A DNA stretch of 64,000 bases from a virus (IMGVR_UViG_3300037516_001783:43936-107935); one strand, 5' to 3'. Positions 54,941 to 64,000 are shown, counted from the first letter of the stretch. Made by a program: numbers and translations. The notes: generated by a model from the sequence alone, not told the origin.

Positions 54941-57401
54941 AAAATACGCTATCGCTGTTTATATATACATTGTTTTTATTTCTGAAATCGTCGAATCCAA
55001 TCTTACCTGTGATAAACATTAATTTACCTTTCCAAGTTGCTATTTTGTCTTTTATCAAACTGTACTCATCAGCCCAAGCAATACACTCTATTTGATAATT
55101 ATTAGCAGAAATTTCCATTTTACAGAACACACCTTTCTTAGATTCAAATTCTCTAAAATTCATTAAGAAACCAATAACACCGTAAGTTTTACCATTATTG
55201 TAGAACTTCTTGATTTCAACTTTCTTACTAAGAACATCTTTGATTTCCATATAATCGTAGTCAGCAGAAATGTTATGTTTGTGTTCGTTTAACAACTCTT
55301 TAAACTTAACATCGCCATTACCTATCAGTTCTTTTTGATTCAACATCCAGAAGTAATTTTTGTTGGAAGCTGGGTCGTTTAAAACCTTACATTCTTTTAA
55401 TTCTTTTGGGAATTTAAGTTCATATAACTCTTGTAACAATTCTCTTCTTGCTTTTACATCCCTTATTCCACAAAGACTGTCAAAAGCACCACATTGAATT
55501 AAAATTCTAATTACTTTCTTATTAACTCCTGAAGGTATATTATTACAAAAGTGTACAAAGTCCTTAAATTTACCGACTTTTTCTCTCGCTTGGATTATCT
55601 TTTCTGCAGTTGCTACACCTATTCCCTTGATTTTATTTAGAGACCAAAATATCCTACCTTCTTCCCTATCACAACAGAATTCAAAAGAAGATTTATTGAT
55701 ATCTGGCTTGTCAACAACAATATCTAAATTAGCTTCTTGAACTTCTCTTAGAATTAATGGTATGTCAACATCTTCCTTACCAAAATTCATTGCTGTTGTA
55801 TAGAACTCTAAAGGGTGATTTGCTTTTAACCATTGACATTGATAAGCCATAATTGCATAGCAAGCACTGTGTGAATTGTGACTAACTATATCATCACACA
55901 CGAAATTATGGTGAACAGGCATTTCGATATCGTATGTATCTTCTTCACCAACAAATTTAATTGAATTTGCTTTTGAACTTGATAACATCATAAAATCAAC
56001 TGTTATAATGTTATCACCTTCTTTTAAACACTTTAGTTCAACATAACCTCTTTTTGTTAAAAGTCTGTGATTGTCAGTGACTTTTATTTTCTTACCATCT
56101 TCAAGTTCTAACTCATACACTTTTTGTTTACCTTGATAAAAAACTTTAGACAAATCCTGTTCTATAATTTCATTATCATTGTTTACAGAATATAGTGTAT
56201 GATTAATACCTTTTAAGAAATCATTATGTAAGTCAACAACATTAATATCACCTTTTGTAGTTTTAATAACAGAATCCTTGCTTAAACACTTGTTAAAACC
56301 GTATCCTGCAAATGATAATAATTTCTTCCAAATAGCTTTTGCTTCCTCTATACTACAACCCTGTTCTTCCATCCCAAGTAAGAATTTCACCTCGAATTTA
56401 CCCATCAAAGCTGTATCTTTTTTCTTGATAGCAGTTCTCATTTGGTCACTTTCAAGTAAAGTTAAACCACCAACTACAACAGCTTGCATAACCTGTTCTT
56501 GATAAATATAAATTCCTTGAGTATCTTTAGTAACAGTTTCCATATTGAAATCAAAAACAGGTTTTTTCTTACCATTTTTGAAGTCTATGAAATCTTTATG
56601 AGCACCAATTTCCATTGTAGCTGGACGATACAAAGCATTCATAGCAATTAAATCGGAAAGTGAATCAGGTTTAACTTGTTTGCTGAAATTCTTTAGTCCG
56701 AAAGAACCGAATTGAAACACATCTTCATTATGACCTTCCCTGAATAATTTGAAAACTTTTTCATCGTTGAAATCAATTTCTTGTAAATTAATTTCTTGTC
56801 CTGTATTTTCTTTGATTAAGTTCAAACAATAGGTGTATTTATCCAACTGTTTGATTCCTAAAATATCTTCTTTTAAAACACCAAAAATATCTGTATATTT
56901 ACCCTCCCATTCAGAAACAATCATGCCGTCAATTTCCCTAATTGGCATCCAAGTTTCCAATGTCCTTCTAACACCTTTCTTATCAACTTTAGGTAAAACA
57001 ACAATTGCTGAAGGATGAATAGACATAGATTTTGGATTATTCAAAATAACCTTCAAATCTAAAATCAGTTGAGGATTTTTCTGTATGAAATCATAAAGTT
57101 TAACACTCTTTCTGGCAAATAAAAAGATGTCCTTCCAAGAATATTCTAATTGGTCATCCATTACCTTAGTTAATTCATTAGCTTCCTTAAAATCTACACC
57201 TGCAACTCTACATAAGTCCTTGAAAGCTTGTCTTAGTTTTAACCTACCATAACTACCAAGAGAACATACTTGGTCTTCAGTAAATTTGTCTGTTATGTAA
57301 GCTTTAATGTCATCTCTGTTCTTGGAAGTGAAATCTATGTCGATATCCGGAAACACGTCCGACCTGTTTTGCTTCTTCTTTTCTATCTTAATTACCTTCA
57401 T
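54930..57401 (-). CDS. dnaE: DNA polymerase III alpha, C-terminal part (contains a mini-intein); likely start ATG 57401
   Basis: PDIDIDF, SIHPSA, KEDILG, VFQF, NALYRP, IYQEQVM, YGFNK|SH, WLKANHPLEF, IKGIG, GAFD. Confidence 0.93.
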   Translation of the reverse strand: MKVIKIEKKKQNRSDVFPDIDIDFTSKNRDDIKAYITDKFTEDQVCSLGSYGRLKLRQAFKDLCRVAGVDFKEANELTKVMDDQLEYSWKDIFLFARKSVKLYDFIQKNPQLILDLKVILNNPKSMSIHPSAIVVLPKVDKKGVRRTLETWMPIREIDGMIVSEWEGKYTDIFGVLKEDILGIKQLDKYTYCLNLIKENTGQEINLQEIDFNDEKVFKLFREGHNEDVFQFGSFGLKNFSKQVKPDSLSDLIAMNALYRPATMEIGAHKDFIDFKNGKKKPVFDFNMETVTKDTQGIYIYQEQVMQAVVVGGLTLLESDQMRTAIKKKDTALMGKFEVKFLLGMEEQGCSIEEAKAIWKKLLSFAGYGFNKCLSKDSVIKTTKGDINVVDLHNDFLKGINHTLYSVNNDNEIIEQDLSKVFYQGKQKVYELELEDGKKIKVTDNHRLLTKRGYVELKCLKEGDNIITVDFMMLSSSKANSIKFVGEEDTYDIEMPVHHNFVCDDIVSHNSHSACYAIMAYQCQWLKANHPLEFYTTAMNFGKEDVDIPLILREVQEANLDIVVDKPDINKSSFEFCCDREEGRIFWSLNKIKGIGVATAEKIIQAREKVGKFKDFVHFCNNIPSGVNKKVIRILIQCGAFDSLCGIRDVKARRELLQELYELKFPKELKECKVLNDPASNKNYFWMLNQKELIGNGDVKFKELLNEHKHNISADYDYMEIKDVLSKKVEIKKFYNNGKTYGVIGFLMNFREFESKKGVFCKMEISANNYQIECIAWADEYSLIKDKIATWKGKLMFITGKIGFDDFRNKNNVYINSDSVFYEL
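55875..56288 (-). mobile_element. Mini-intein (138 aa) in DnaE
   Basis: GFNK|CLSKDS...TDNHRLLT...TYDIEM..HNFV....SHN|SHSACY; no endonuclease domain. Confidence 0.93.
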
Positions 57402-58185
57402 ATAAATATCTCCATCTAAAACCTCCTGCTGACCTGTTATCTTTATTCGCAGCACACGTAATTGAACCTCTGTTGATACCTAAAACCTTTGAAGCTTCTA
57501 CTGAACTCTTAAACGTTGCTATGGTTTCTCCTGTATCTTTGTTAATTTGAACAATCCTTATAGACTTCTTATTTGACATGTTCTGCTTCTGAGTTTCATC
57601 CCAAAATTTACCATAATTCGGGTTCTTTTCACCGTCATATCTACCTATAAATTTTTCACTCAATTGTTTCTTTTTATCTTCAGACCATTTTCTACCATAG
57701 TTTGGATTCCTCTCACCAACTTGATTTAAAGCTTTAACAGAATCAGATATCTTCTTCCTTACTTCTGGGTTGTCTATGTAGAATTGTTTCTTTGTTTGTG
57801 AAAACTTCTTCATATTCTCAATACCAACATCACTTTTAAAAAATTTACGTATAGAAATTGTAAATTTTCCAACAACCTCTGGAAGTAACATTGGCGAACC
57901 AGAACCGAATTTATTTGAAGTTCCTATTAATATGTTATAACCACAAACCCTATTTGTAGAACTGTATAGTTCAATGAACAATTCTTCGTATCCATCCAAT
58001 TCTTCTTGTGTTTTTAACCCTTCAATTAAAATCTCTTTTGAGAAATTACACTTACCATGTTTTTTAATTGAATTCACTATTAATGTTCCAGAACCAAAAT
58101 AATTTTTAGAATGTTGTTTACATTGAGTACTTTGACCAATATAAACTTTACCATTTCTAATGTCAGTTGTTTTGTAAATATACAT
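57388..58185 (-). mobile_element. Free-standing GIY-YIG homing endonuclease with NUMOD3 and NUMOD1 motifs
   Basis: YIYKTT..NGKVYIGQ, YFGSG, GYN; two G.NPNYG...K repeats; C-terminal FKSSVEASK.LG...SAGGFRWRY. Confidence 0.9.
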
Positions 58186-58221
58186 ACCAGATATAGAGTT
58201 AGATTTTAATAAACATAACTG

Positions 58222-59910
58222 CTAAACACTGTATGTACTTGAAACTTCATCACCTTCAACTAACTTATTAGATTCTATTTTAGAACCATCTTCCATTTTA
58301 ACAAGCTCACCTTCAGTAAATGATAGAACCGTGTTATTTTCTAAAGTCACTGTATAATTAAATGACTCTTTAAAACGAGATTCATTTAAGAACCTTTCAA
58401 ATAACAAGCCATATTCAATTGGGTCTACAAGCGTAACTCCTATCACATAAGCTAATAATGAACCAGCAGCAGAACCACGTCCTGGACCAACAAATACTTT
58501 ATTAGAATTAGCAAAATCAACTACATCTGCTAGAATCAAGAAATAATCACTAAACCCAGCACCAGAAATAATGTCAAATTCATGTTTTAACCTTTTTTCA
58601 TAAATATGGTGTTTACTTTTTGGTATTTTCTTGTAGATTATATTTTCCATACCAATTTGACATAAATCCCAAAGTAAATTATCACTTTCAGATTTTGTTA
58701 ATTCTACACCGTCAATTTCAAACATCGGTAATTTTGGTTCACCGATAGGTATGTTGTAATTACAAATTTCAACTAACTTGTTAGCAGATTCAAGACCTTC
58801 ATTTATTAGATTTTGAAATTTATCATAATCGTCAAAATATTCACCTATCACTTGTAAAGTTTCTTCTGAAGTTTTCATAAATTGATTTGGTGAGTAATGT
58901 CTTGTGAAACCACCAATCTTATTCAAAATATCTTTACAATGAGCATGAGATTCTTCTAAATAATAAACGTCGTCCAACAGAATAATTTTAACTCCTGTAT
59001 CGTGGAAATTGTCTAAAAAGAATTTCAAAGAATTTAAACATTTCAAATAAACCCTATCGTCTGAAAATATAGCAGATGATAACTGGAAATACAGGTTTTC
59101 ACCAAAATTTTCTATGTAGCTGTTGAGGATTGATTTGTAATGTTTTAAATCAGTAATGTCTTGAAAAACATTTGATGAAAAATCTATAACACAAACGAGT
59201 CCTTCTGAATGGTCTAACACATCTATGTTGTGTACAAAACCTTTATTATGAACATTTATTTGTTTATTGATTGAAAGTAATGAATCCCAACCTTTTTCAT
59301 TAATAACATACATTTTCAGATTGTAAGTTATTTGTTTACTCAAAGATTCGTCGTAATCATAACAAACACTTATTTCCTCACCAACTATAAATTTCAAGCC
59401 ATATGAAACTGCTTTCTGTTGAAACCCTAAAGTTCCAGCTAAAGTGTTATGGTCACAAATTCCTATTGATTTATGTTTTAAGAATTTAGCTTTTTTACAA
59501 GCGTTTGTAAAATTTAGTGCAGAATTAAGAAGTTCATATTCAGAATGTACTGCTAAACATTGGTGAAATGATTCTTTTGGACTTTCACCTAAATACAAAA
59601 AGTCATTAAAATCTATTTTTATGTATTCGTCATTAAACTCGTCCTTAAACATCTTAATTTCCGAATAAAAGAAATTACTACCAAATTCAAAAAGTATCTT
59701 TAGACCTTTGTATTCCTTAGCTAAATCAAGAATTAATTCTTGTTCTTCACTTGAAATATTAAACACAATTTCTTTCTTAACATCTTCTAAGAATAGATTT
59801 TGGTCTCCTCCTAATATGTAAAAATACATATCTGTATTCTCTACTTTTAACAGAGACTCAGATATGTATTCTACAGATAAATTATTTACTTTTATCCAAT
59901 TTTCTAACAT
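58222..59910 (-). CDS. dnaE: DNA polymerase III alpha, N-terminal part (PHP domain and start of the palm)
   Basis: HSEYELL, CDHNTLAG, YFLILAD, GPGRGSAAGSL, LLFERFLN, then a non-polymerase tail and a stop. Confidence 0.92.
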   Translation of the reverse strand: MLENWIKVNNLSVEYISESLLKVENTDMYFYILGGDQNLFLEDVKKEIVFNISSEEQELILDLAKEYKGLKILFEFGSNFFYSEIKMFKDEFNDEYIKIDFNDFLYLGESPKESFHQCLAVHSEYELLNSALNFTNACKKAKFLKHKSIGICDHNTLAGTLGFQQKAVSYGLKFIVGEEISVCYDYDESLSKQITYNLKMYVINEKGWDSLLSINKQINVHNKGFVHNIDVLDHSEGLVCVIDFSSNVFQDITDLKHYKSILNSYIENFGENLYFQLSSAIFSDDRVYLKCLNSLKFFLDNFHDTGVKIILLDDVYYLEESHAHCKDILNKIGGFTRHYSPNQFMKTSEETLQVIGEYFDDYDKFQNLINEGLESANKLVEICNYNIPIGEPKLPMFEIDGVELTKSESDNLLWDLCQIGMENIIYKKIPKSKHHIYEKRLKHEFDIISGAGFSDYFLILADVVDFANSNKVFVGPGRGSAAGSLLAYVIGVTLVDPIEYGLLFERFLNESRFKESFNYTVTLENNTVLSFTEGELVKMEDGSKIESNKLVEGDEVSSTYSV

Positions 59911-59912
59911 TT

Positions 59913-61046
59913 CTAAAGGTTTTCTGGTGTGATAACTCCATACACTTCCTTTAACCTTGTTGTGAAGAAATTCTTCATCATAGCGAATTCAATTGAACTT
60001 TTGAAATCAGTATCAAGAACTTCTTCTAATTTTTTGATAGAACTAAGCCTATCACCTTCTGTTCTTGAAGAATTTACATATTTTAGGTAAATGTCACAAC
60101 CTTTAAACATGTTATCTAAATACCTAAATGAATGATTACCGTGGTTATCAACAGGAGGATTTTCATCTTCTAAACCTTTTTCAAATATTTCCAACCTTTC
60201 TGTTAGGTATTTGTCAATTTCTTGTAGACGTCCAACAGGTGTATCAGCTTTAAAGTTCAGTTTGAAGTTTGCTCTTGGATATTTATGAATACCATTTCCA
60301 GAATTCAGTGAATTTAAAACTTTCAAAGTTAATGGATTTGAAAGGTATAAATGTAAACTCTGGCTGTTATGAGTCTGTGTTCCTACTGAAATGTTTAAAA
60401 TACTTGAAATTAACTTTGAAACGAAGTTGAATTGATACAAGTTGGTTGGAAGTCCCCAATGAACATCGTTGCTCCTGTTTTGTATGGTAGTATGTAAAGA
60501 ATTGTTTCTTATTTTAAACATAACCATATCATTACAAGGAATATCTTTTGAATTAACATCCAAATCAAGGTTTGGATTCCAAATAGAAATTACAGCTCTT
60601 CTGTCTTCCTTGTTCTTAGCCAACATTTTGATAACTTTAGCAATCTGGTCAATTTCTTGACCTTCAATGCTATTCGTTTCAACATTATCACAACTTTTTT
60701 CGTTGTATTTTCTCATTCTGAAACCATATGGTGCATGAAAATTAACACCATCGTCAGAATATTCACCCATTTGAGAGTTTAATTTTTTCAGAATTTCAAC
60801 GTCTTTACGACCATTCCAAATCCAAACAGCTTCAATGAATAAGAAGAAAACATTGATATTTCTACCATGACCATAAACTATACAATTGTTTGGGTCAGTA
60901 AAGGTTGATTTAAAATTTAACAGTTCTAAGGTATCTCCATTCCTAGATTTTTGAAGTTCACCTTTTTCTAACAAACCTTTAATCAACTCTGGGTAGTCAT
61001 GTGAGAAACTCTCTGTTTTCATCACATTCAATTCCAAATTAACCAT
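59913..61046 (-). CDS. Thymidylate synthase family, dUMP hydroxymethylase type
   Basis: SRNG.TLE, YSDDG...APYG.R, DRRAVISIWNP, KDIPCN, RSNDVHWGLPTN (Asn indicates dUMP specificity), SLHLY. Confidence 0.8.
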   Translation of the reverse strand: MVNLELNVMKTESFSHDYPELIKGLLEKGELQKSRNGDTLELLNFKSTFTDPNNCIVYGHGRNINVFFLFIEAVWIWNGRKDVEILKKLNSQMGEYSDDGVNFHAPYGFRMRKYNEKSCDNVETNSIEGQEIDQIAKVIKMLAKNKEDRRAVISIWNPNLDLDVNSKDIPCNDMVMFKIRNNSLHTTIQNRSNDVHWGLPTNLYQFNFVSKLISSILNISVGTQTHNSQSLHLYLSNPLTLKVLNSLNSGNGIHKYPRANFKLNFKADTPVGRLQEIDKYLTERLEIFEKGLEDENPPVDNHGNHSFRYLDNMFKGCDIYLKYVNSSRTEGDRLSSIKKLEEVLDTDFKSSIEFAMMKNFFTTRLKEVYGVITPENL

Positions 61047-61049
61047 ACC

Positions 61050-62075
61050 TTAGATATTGTTATTTTGCTCTACAGATTCAATGATTTTTTTTCTATTAGA
61101 CTCTAACTTTGAATCTAATCTTAAAATCTTTTGAGACAAAATTTCAAGGTATTCTAATTTAACAAATTCACCGAAATTTTCGAAGAAAACATTTTTAAAG
61201 TGAGGGTACAACACTTTAGTTGTTCTTGTAGAAAGAGTATCAATAAAGTCATCACTACCAAACATTCCTAAGAATACAGCATGAATATCTTCAAGACTTT
61301 TACACAAATTCAAACTTTTGAAGTGAATATTTGCTCTTACTCTACCATCAATAAATCTTATGTCTACGAAAGTAATGATAGTTCTAGCACTAACAGAACC
61401 GTTCAATCTGATATTGATAGAAGTTGGTTGGAAAGAAACTAAATACTTACCACTATCAATAATTTCCTGGAAATAAGGTGTTAAAACTTTAACGTGGTCT
61501 GGATTATTACCACTGTAATGTTCAATTGTACTTTTGGCAACTTTTGGCTCTTTTTTAGTTTTAGCAGAAACTTTGGCAGCAACTTTTAAATTACTATCAA
61601 TTTCTTCAATAGCTTCGTCAGCAAGTTCTTTGATAACTTTTTCGTTAGCACCTCTAACAGCTTTTTTCTTTGCAGGTTTTTTTGGCGTTTCTTCTACAAC
61701 ATCACTTTCTTCAACTTCAAGAAGAGCTTCCTCTTCTTCAGTAATTACTTCAACAACTTTAGCAGTTTTTTTCTTAGCTGATTTTTTAGGCTTAGGAGTT
61801 TCTTCTTCAGCTTCAAAATCAGTTTCAATTTCTTCTGGCTCAGTTTTAGAAACTTCTTTAACAGTTTCTTCAGCTTTTACAGTTTCTTCGTTTTCATCAA
61901 TTTCTCTGAAAGCTTGTAAGATTGTTACTAAGTCATCTAATGGTTCTGAATCCATATCTTCAATACCGAACTTTTCAAGTTCTTTAAGGATTGCAGCAGT
62001 AGAAGTTTCTAAATCTGTAGAAACAATTCCTAATTCATTTAGGACTTTAATTTGTTTTTTGGTTAAATTAGCCAT
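61050..62075 (-). CDS. Hypothetical protein with a Glu/Lys-rich low-complexity region
   Basis: ORF track. Confidence 0.6.
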   Translation of the reverse strand: MANLTKKQIKVLNELGIVSTDLETSTAAILKELEKFGIEDMDSEPLDDLVTILQAFREIDENEETVKAEETVKEVSKTEPEEIETDFEAEEETPKPKKSAKKKTAKVVEVITEEEEALLEVEESDVVEETPKKPAKKKAVRGANEKVIKELADEAIEEIDSNLKVAAKVSAKTKKEPKVAKSTIEHYSGNNPDHVKVLTPYFQEIIDSGKYLVSFQPTSINIRLNGSVSARTIITFVDIRFIDGRVRANIHFKSLNLCKSLEDIHAVFLGMFGSDDFIDTLSTRTTKVLYPHFKNVFFENFGEFVKLEYLEILSQKILRLDSKLESNRKKIIESVEQNNNI

Positions 62076-62111
62076 GATAATATATGATTTAATGATTTAA
62101 TAATCCTGTTA

Positions 62112-62729
62112 TTACGATTCTTGTAACGCTGTTATGTGAACCAATTGTTTTGATTTTTCTTCAAATAACAAACAATCTTTTTTACTTTTCATGAATTCAA
62201 CCCTTTGTTTGATAAAAGATTTAACATTCATTACGTCACCAAAAGTTTTGTGTAATTTATTTATTTCCATACCTTTTAAATACAGAGAATAAACCCTTTT
62301 TTCTATTGTATTCAAACCTTGAAAAATGTCGTAGCCATTAATTTCTACAGTAAGGTTTTCAAAATCAACATTGATAATATTTTCATTACTAACAGAATAG
62401 TCTATGTTGTAATTTGGTGAATAATCTATTGTTGTATTTTGTTTATAAGAAGAACCTGAATTTGTGATACTTGAAATATAATCTATCTTAAATCTTTTTA
62501 AACAGGTTTGTAGATAAATTTCTATTGGTAAATGAGTAGTAACTCCTCTTTCAACTTCTTTTCTAACAGACTCTTTATATGAAATAATAGAGGTGAATAA
62601 TTTTATTCTGAATTCTTGAATTAGGTCTTGAACTTCTAAACCTATTTTGTGAGAGTCAAATAAACTCTTAGCATAAACTTTTGCTAAACCTTGGTGCTTT
62701 TCAAAAAGCAATTCATTTTCACTTTTCAT
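62112..62729 (-). CDS. Sigma-70-like transcription factor (early)
   Basis: LFEKHQGLAKVYAK...EVQDLIQEFRIKL (region 2); LNTIEKRVYSLYLKGMEINKL (region 4). Confidence 0.7.
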   Translation of the reverse strand: MKSENELLFEKHQGLAKVYAKSLFDSHKIGLEVQDLIQEFRIKLFTSIISYKESVRKEVERGVTTHLPIEIYLQTCLKRFKIDYISSITNSGSSYKQNTTIDYSPNYNIDYSVSNENIINVDFENLTVEINGYDIFQGLNTIEKRVYSLYLKGMEINKLHKTFGDVMNVKSFIKQRVEFMKSKKDCLLFEEKSKQLVHITALQES

Positions 62730-62925
62730 AATTTAATAATTAAATGTCTAAGACTTATTTCTTAACAATACAAAGGTAGTAATTTTATTTTAAACAACAA
62801 AACAACATTTAAAATGAAAAGATTGTTTTTGTTATTTTTAATTGTTATCTCTTTTTGATAACATTACAAAGGTAGTAATTAAAAAATTAAAAAGAAAACA
62901 GTCTTTAAAAAGAAAAGACTGTTTT
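62730..62925 (-). promoter_or_regulatory. Tandem early-promoter units 5 and 6 upstream of the sigma gene
   Basis: TACCTTTG at 62771-62778 and 62867-62874; unit 6 is nearly identical to 13075-13140. Confidence 0.8.
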
Positions 62926-62942
62926 CATTATTTTATTGTATA

Positions 62943-64000
62943 TTAATCTAATCTTCCAGATGTCTTTTGGTAATTAAACTCTACAGGTTCAGTATGTTTT
63001 AATTCACCTGTTTCTATTGCGTCTAATAATGATTTATTTTCATTTTTTAAATTAGCAATTTTGTTTTTCTTAGATTCTATCTTATAATCTACTTCTCCGT
63101 TATGTTCAAAATTCTCATCTCTGTTGGTTGACATAAAATTATGAGTGTAATTTTTACCTTGAGGTGAAATAAATTCTTCTTTGTGATTTTCGATTTCAGA
63201 AGTTAATTTTTCAATTTCACTTTCATTTTCTTTTATTTTGTTTGACCAAATATTTTTGTTTTTTGACCAATTTTTCATGTTCTCCCTGTATTTCTGTAAT
63301 TTTTCAGAAGCTAATTTATCTTCTAAAGGTTTACTCTCTTCCTTTTGTTTCAGGTTATCTTCTTGTTTTGATTTGGCTCTTCTCAAATCATTCATTTGTA
63401 ATTCTGTAGCCTTTTGGTTGTATTTGTTACCCATACTGTGAAATTGGTCTACTTGTTTTTGATTACCACCACTTTCTTTTAATTTCCTAGCATCCTCATG
63501 ATATTTTTTACTTAAATTTTCATATTTAGTAATTTCATCTTGAATTTGTTCAACTTCTGATTTTTCTTCTGGTATTTGCTTATTAACTTCACTACCATCG
63601 ACATGTGTTAGAACTCCATTATTTTTATGAAGTTTTTCTATGATTTCCTTGTACTTACTTATATCGTGGGTAGTATTTACAGGTCGAACTATTTTGAGTG
63701 GTCCAGCTTCTCTTTTTGTAGATTCAATATTTATTTTATCCTTACCAACCTTAAATTTTAAGGTATTTGTAGAACCATCTTCAGCTGTTAAAACATAAGT
63801 AAAATTATTACCAAGTTTTGTATCATGAAAATCTTCTGGTTGGTGAAATTCAACTTTTAAAGGTGATTTATCATGCCTTTTACCATTCTTATCTTTGAGT
63901 TGTAGATAACCGTCGTATTTAACTCCTGTAATTGTGTGTTCTTCACCATTATGGGTGACTTTGTCTCCTGCAGAAACTTGTCTATGGCTTTTTATTTCAT
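62943..64000 (-). CDS. Partial gene (starts beyond the window) with the SH3-like domain shared with 900..3122 and a coiled-coil C-terminus
   Basis: The frame is open from 63998 into the track's 163-aa ORF (checked codon by codon): EIKSHRQVSAGDKVTHNGEEHTITGVKYDGYLQLKDKNGKRHDKSPLKVEF... Confidence 0.8.
   Translation of the reverse strand, partial: EIKSHRQVSAGDKVTHNGEEHTITGVKYDGYLQLKDKNGKRHDKSPLKVEFHQPEDFHDTKLGNNFTYVLTAEDGSTNTLKFKVGKDKINIESTKREAGPLKIVRPVNTTHDISKYKEIIEKLHKNNGVLTHVDGSEVNKQIPEEKSEVEQIQDEITKYENLSKKYHEDARKLKESGGNQKQVDQFHSMGNKYNQKATELQMNDLRRAKSKQEDNLKQKEESKPLEDKLASEKLQKYRENMKNWSKNKNIWSNKIKENESEIEKLTSEIENHKEEFISPQGKNYTHNFMSTNRDENFEHNGEVDYKIESKKNKIANLKNENKSLLDAIETGELKHTEPVEFNYQKTSGRLD

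Noticed and set aside
57388-58222. Group I intron interrupting dnaE
   Set aside because: Only 36 non-coding nt, the endonuclease overlaps the downstream dnaE start, and no intron core is visible
1338-63441. Plus-strand ORFs in the track (e.g. 47376-48068, 51397-52101, 61534-62100)
   Set aside because: Antisense shadows of minus-strand genes; Ser/Phe/Leu-rich with no motifs
1-64000. Genome-wide stop-codon reassignment
   Set aside because: Core genes are intact under code 11; TGA and TAG end genes at normal overlaps with the next start

Overview
64 kb from an AT-rich, large (probably jumbo) tailed-phage genome. Every credible gene is on the minus strand. The host is most likely a Bacteroidota bacterium: six repeated promoters carry the Bacteroidota -7 element TAnnTTTG, and there is an Hc1-type histone-like gene. 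The window holds (i) head genes: portal, a distant terminase, and two proteins 60 kb apart that share an N-terminal domain; (ii) a replication/recombination block (two sigma-like factors, DnaE split into two genes around a GIY-YIG endonuclease and carrying a mini-intein, SSB, RecA, SbcCD, RuvC, UvrD, DinG, DEDDh exonuclease, ligase, 5'-3' exonuclease); (iii) a likely thymine-hypermodification pathway (dUMP hydroxymethylase-type enzyme, dCTP deaminase, HD nucleotidase, aGPT-Pplase1-type protein, GT-B glycosyltransferase); and (iv) about 23 kb of small hypothetical genes. The most unusual signal is non-coding. Five tRNA-like elements keep acceptor, D and T arms but all have non-canonical anticodon arms, and each abuts a structured module closed by a terminal stem. 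At 36.3-37.6 kb they form an alternating array, which suggests tRNA-like punctuation that releases unknown small RNAs. All calls come from reading motifs by eye; no searches or folding programs were run.
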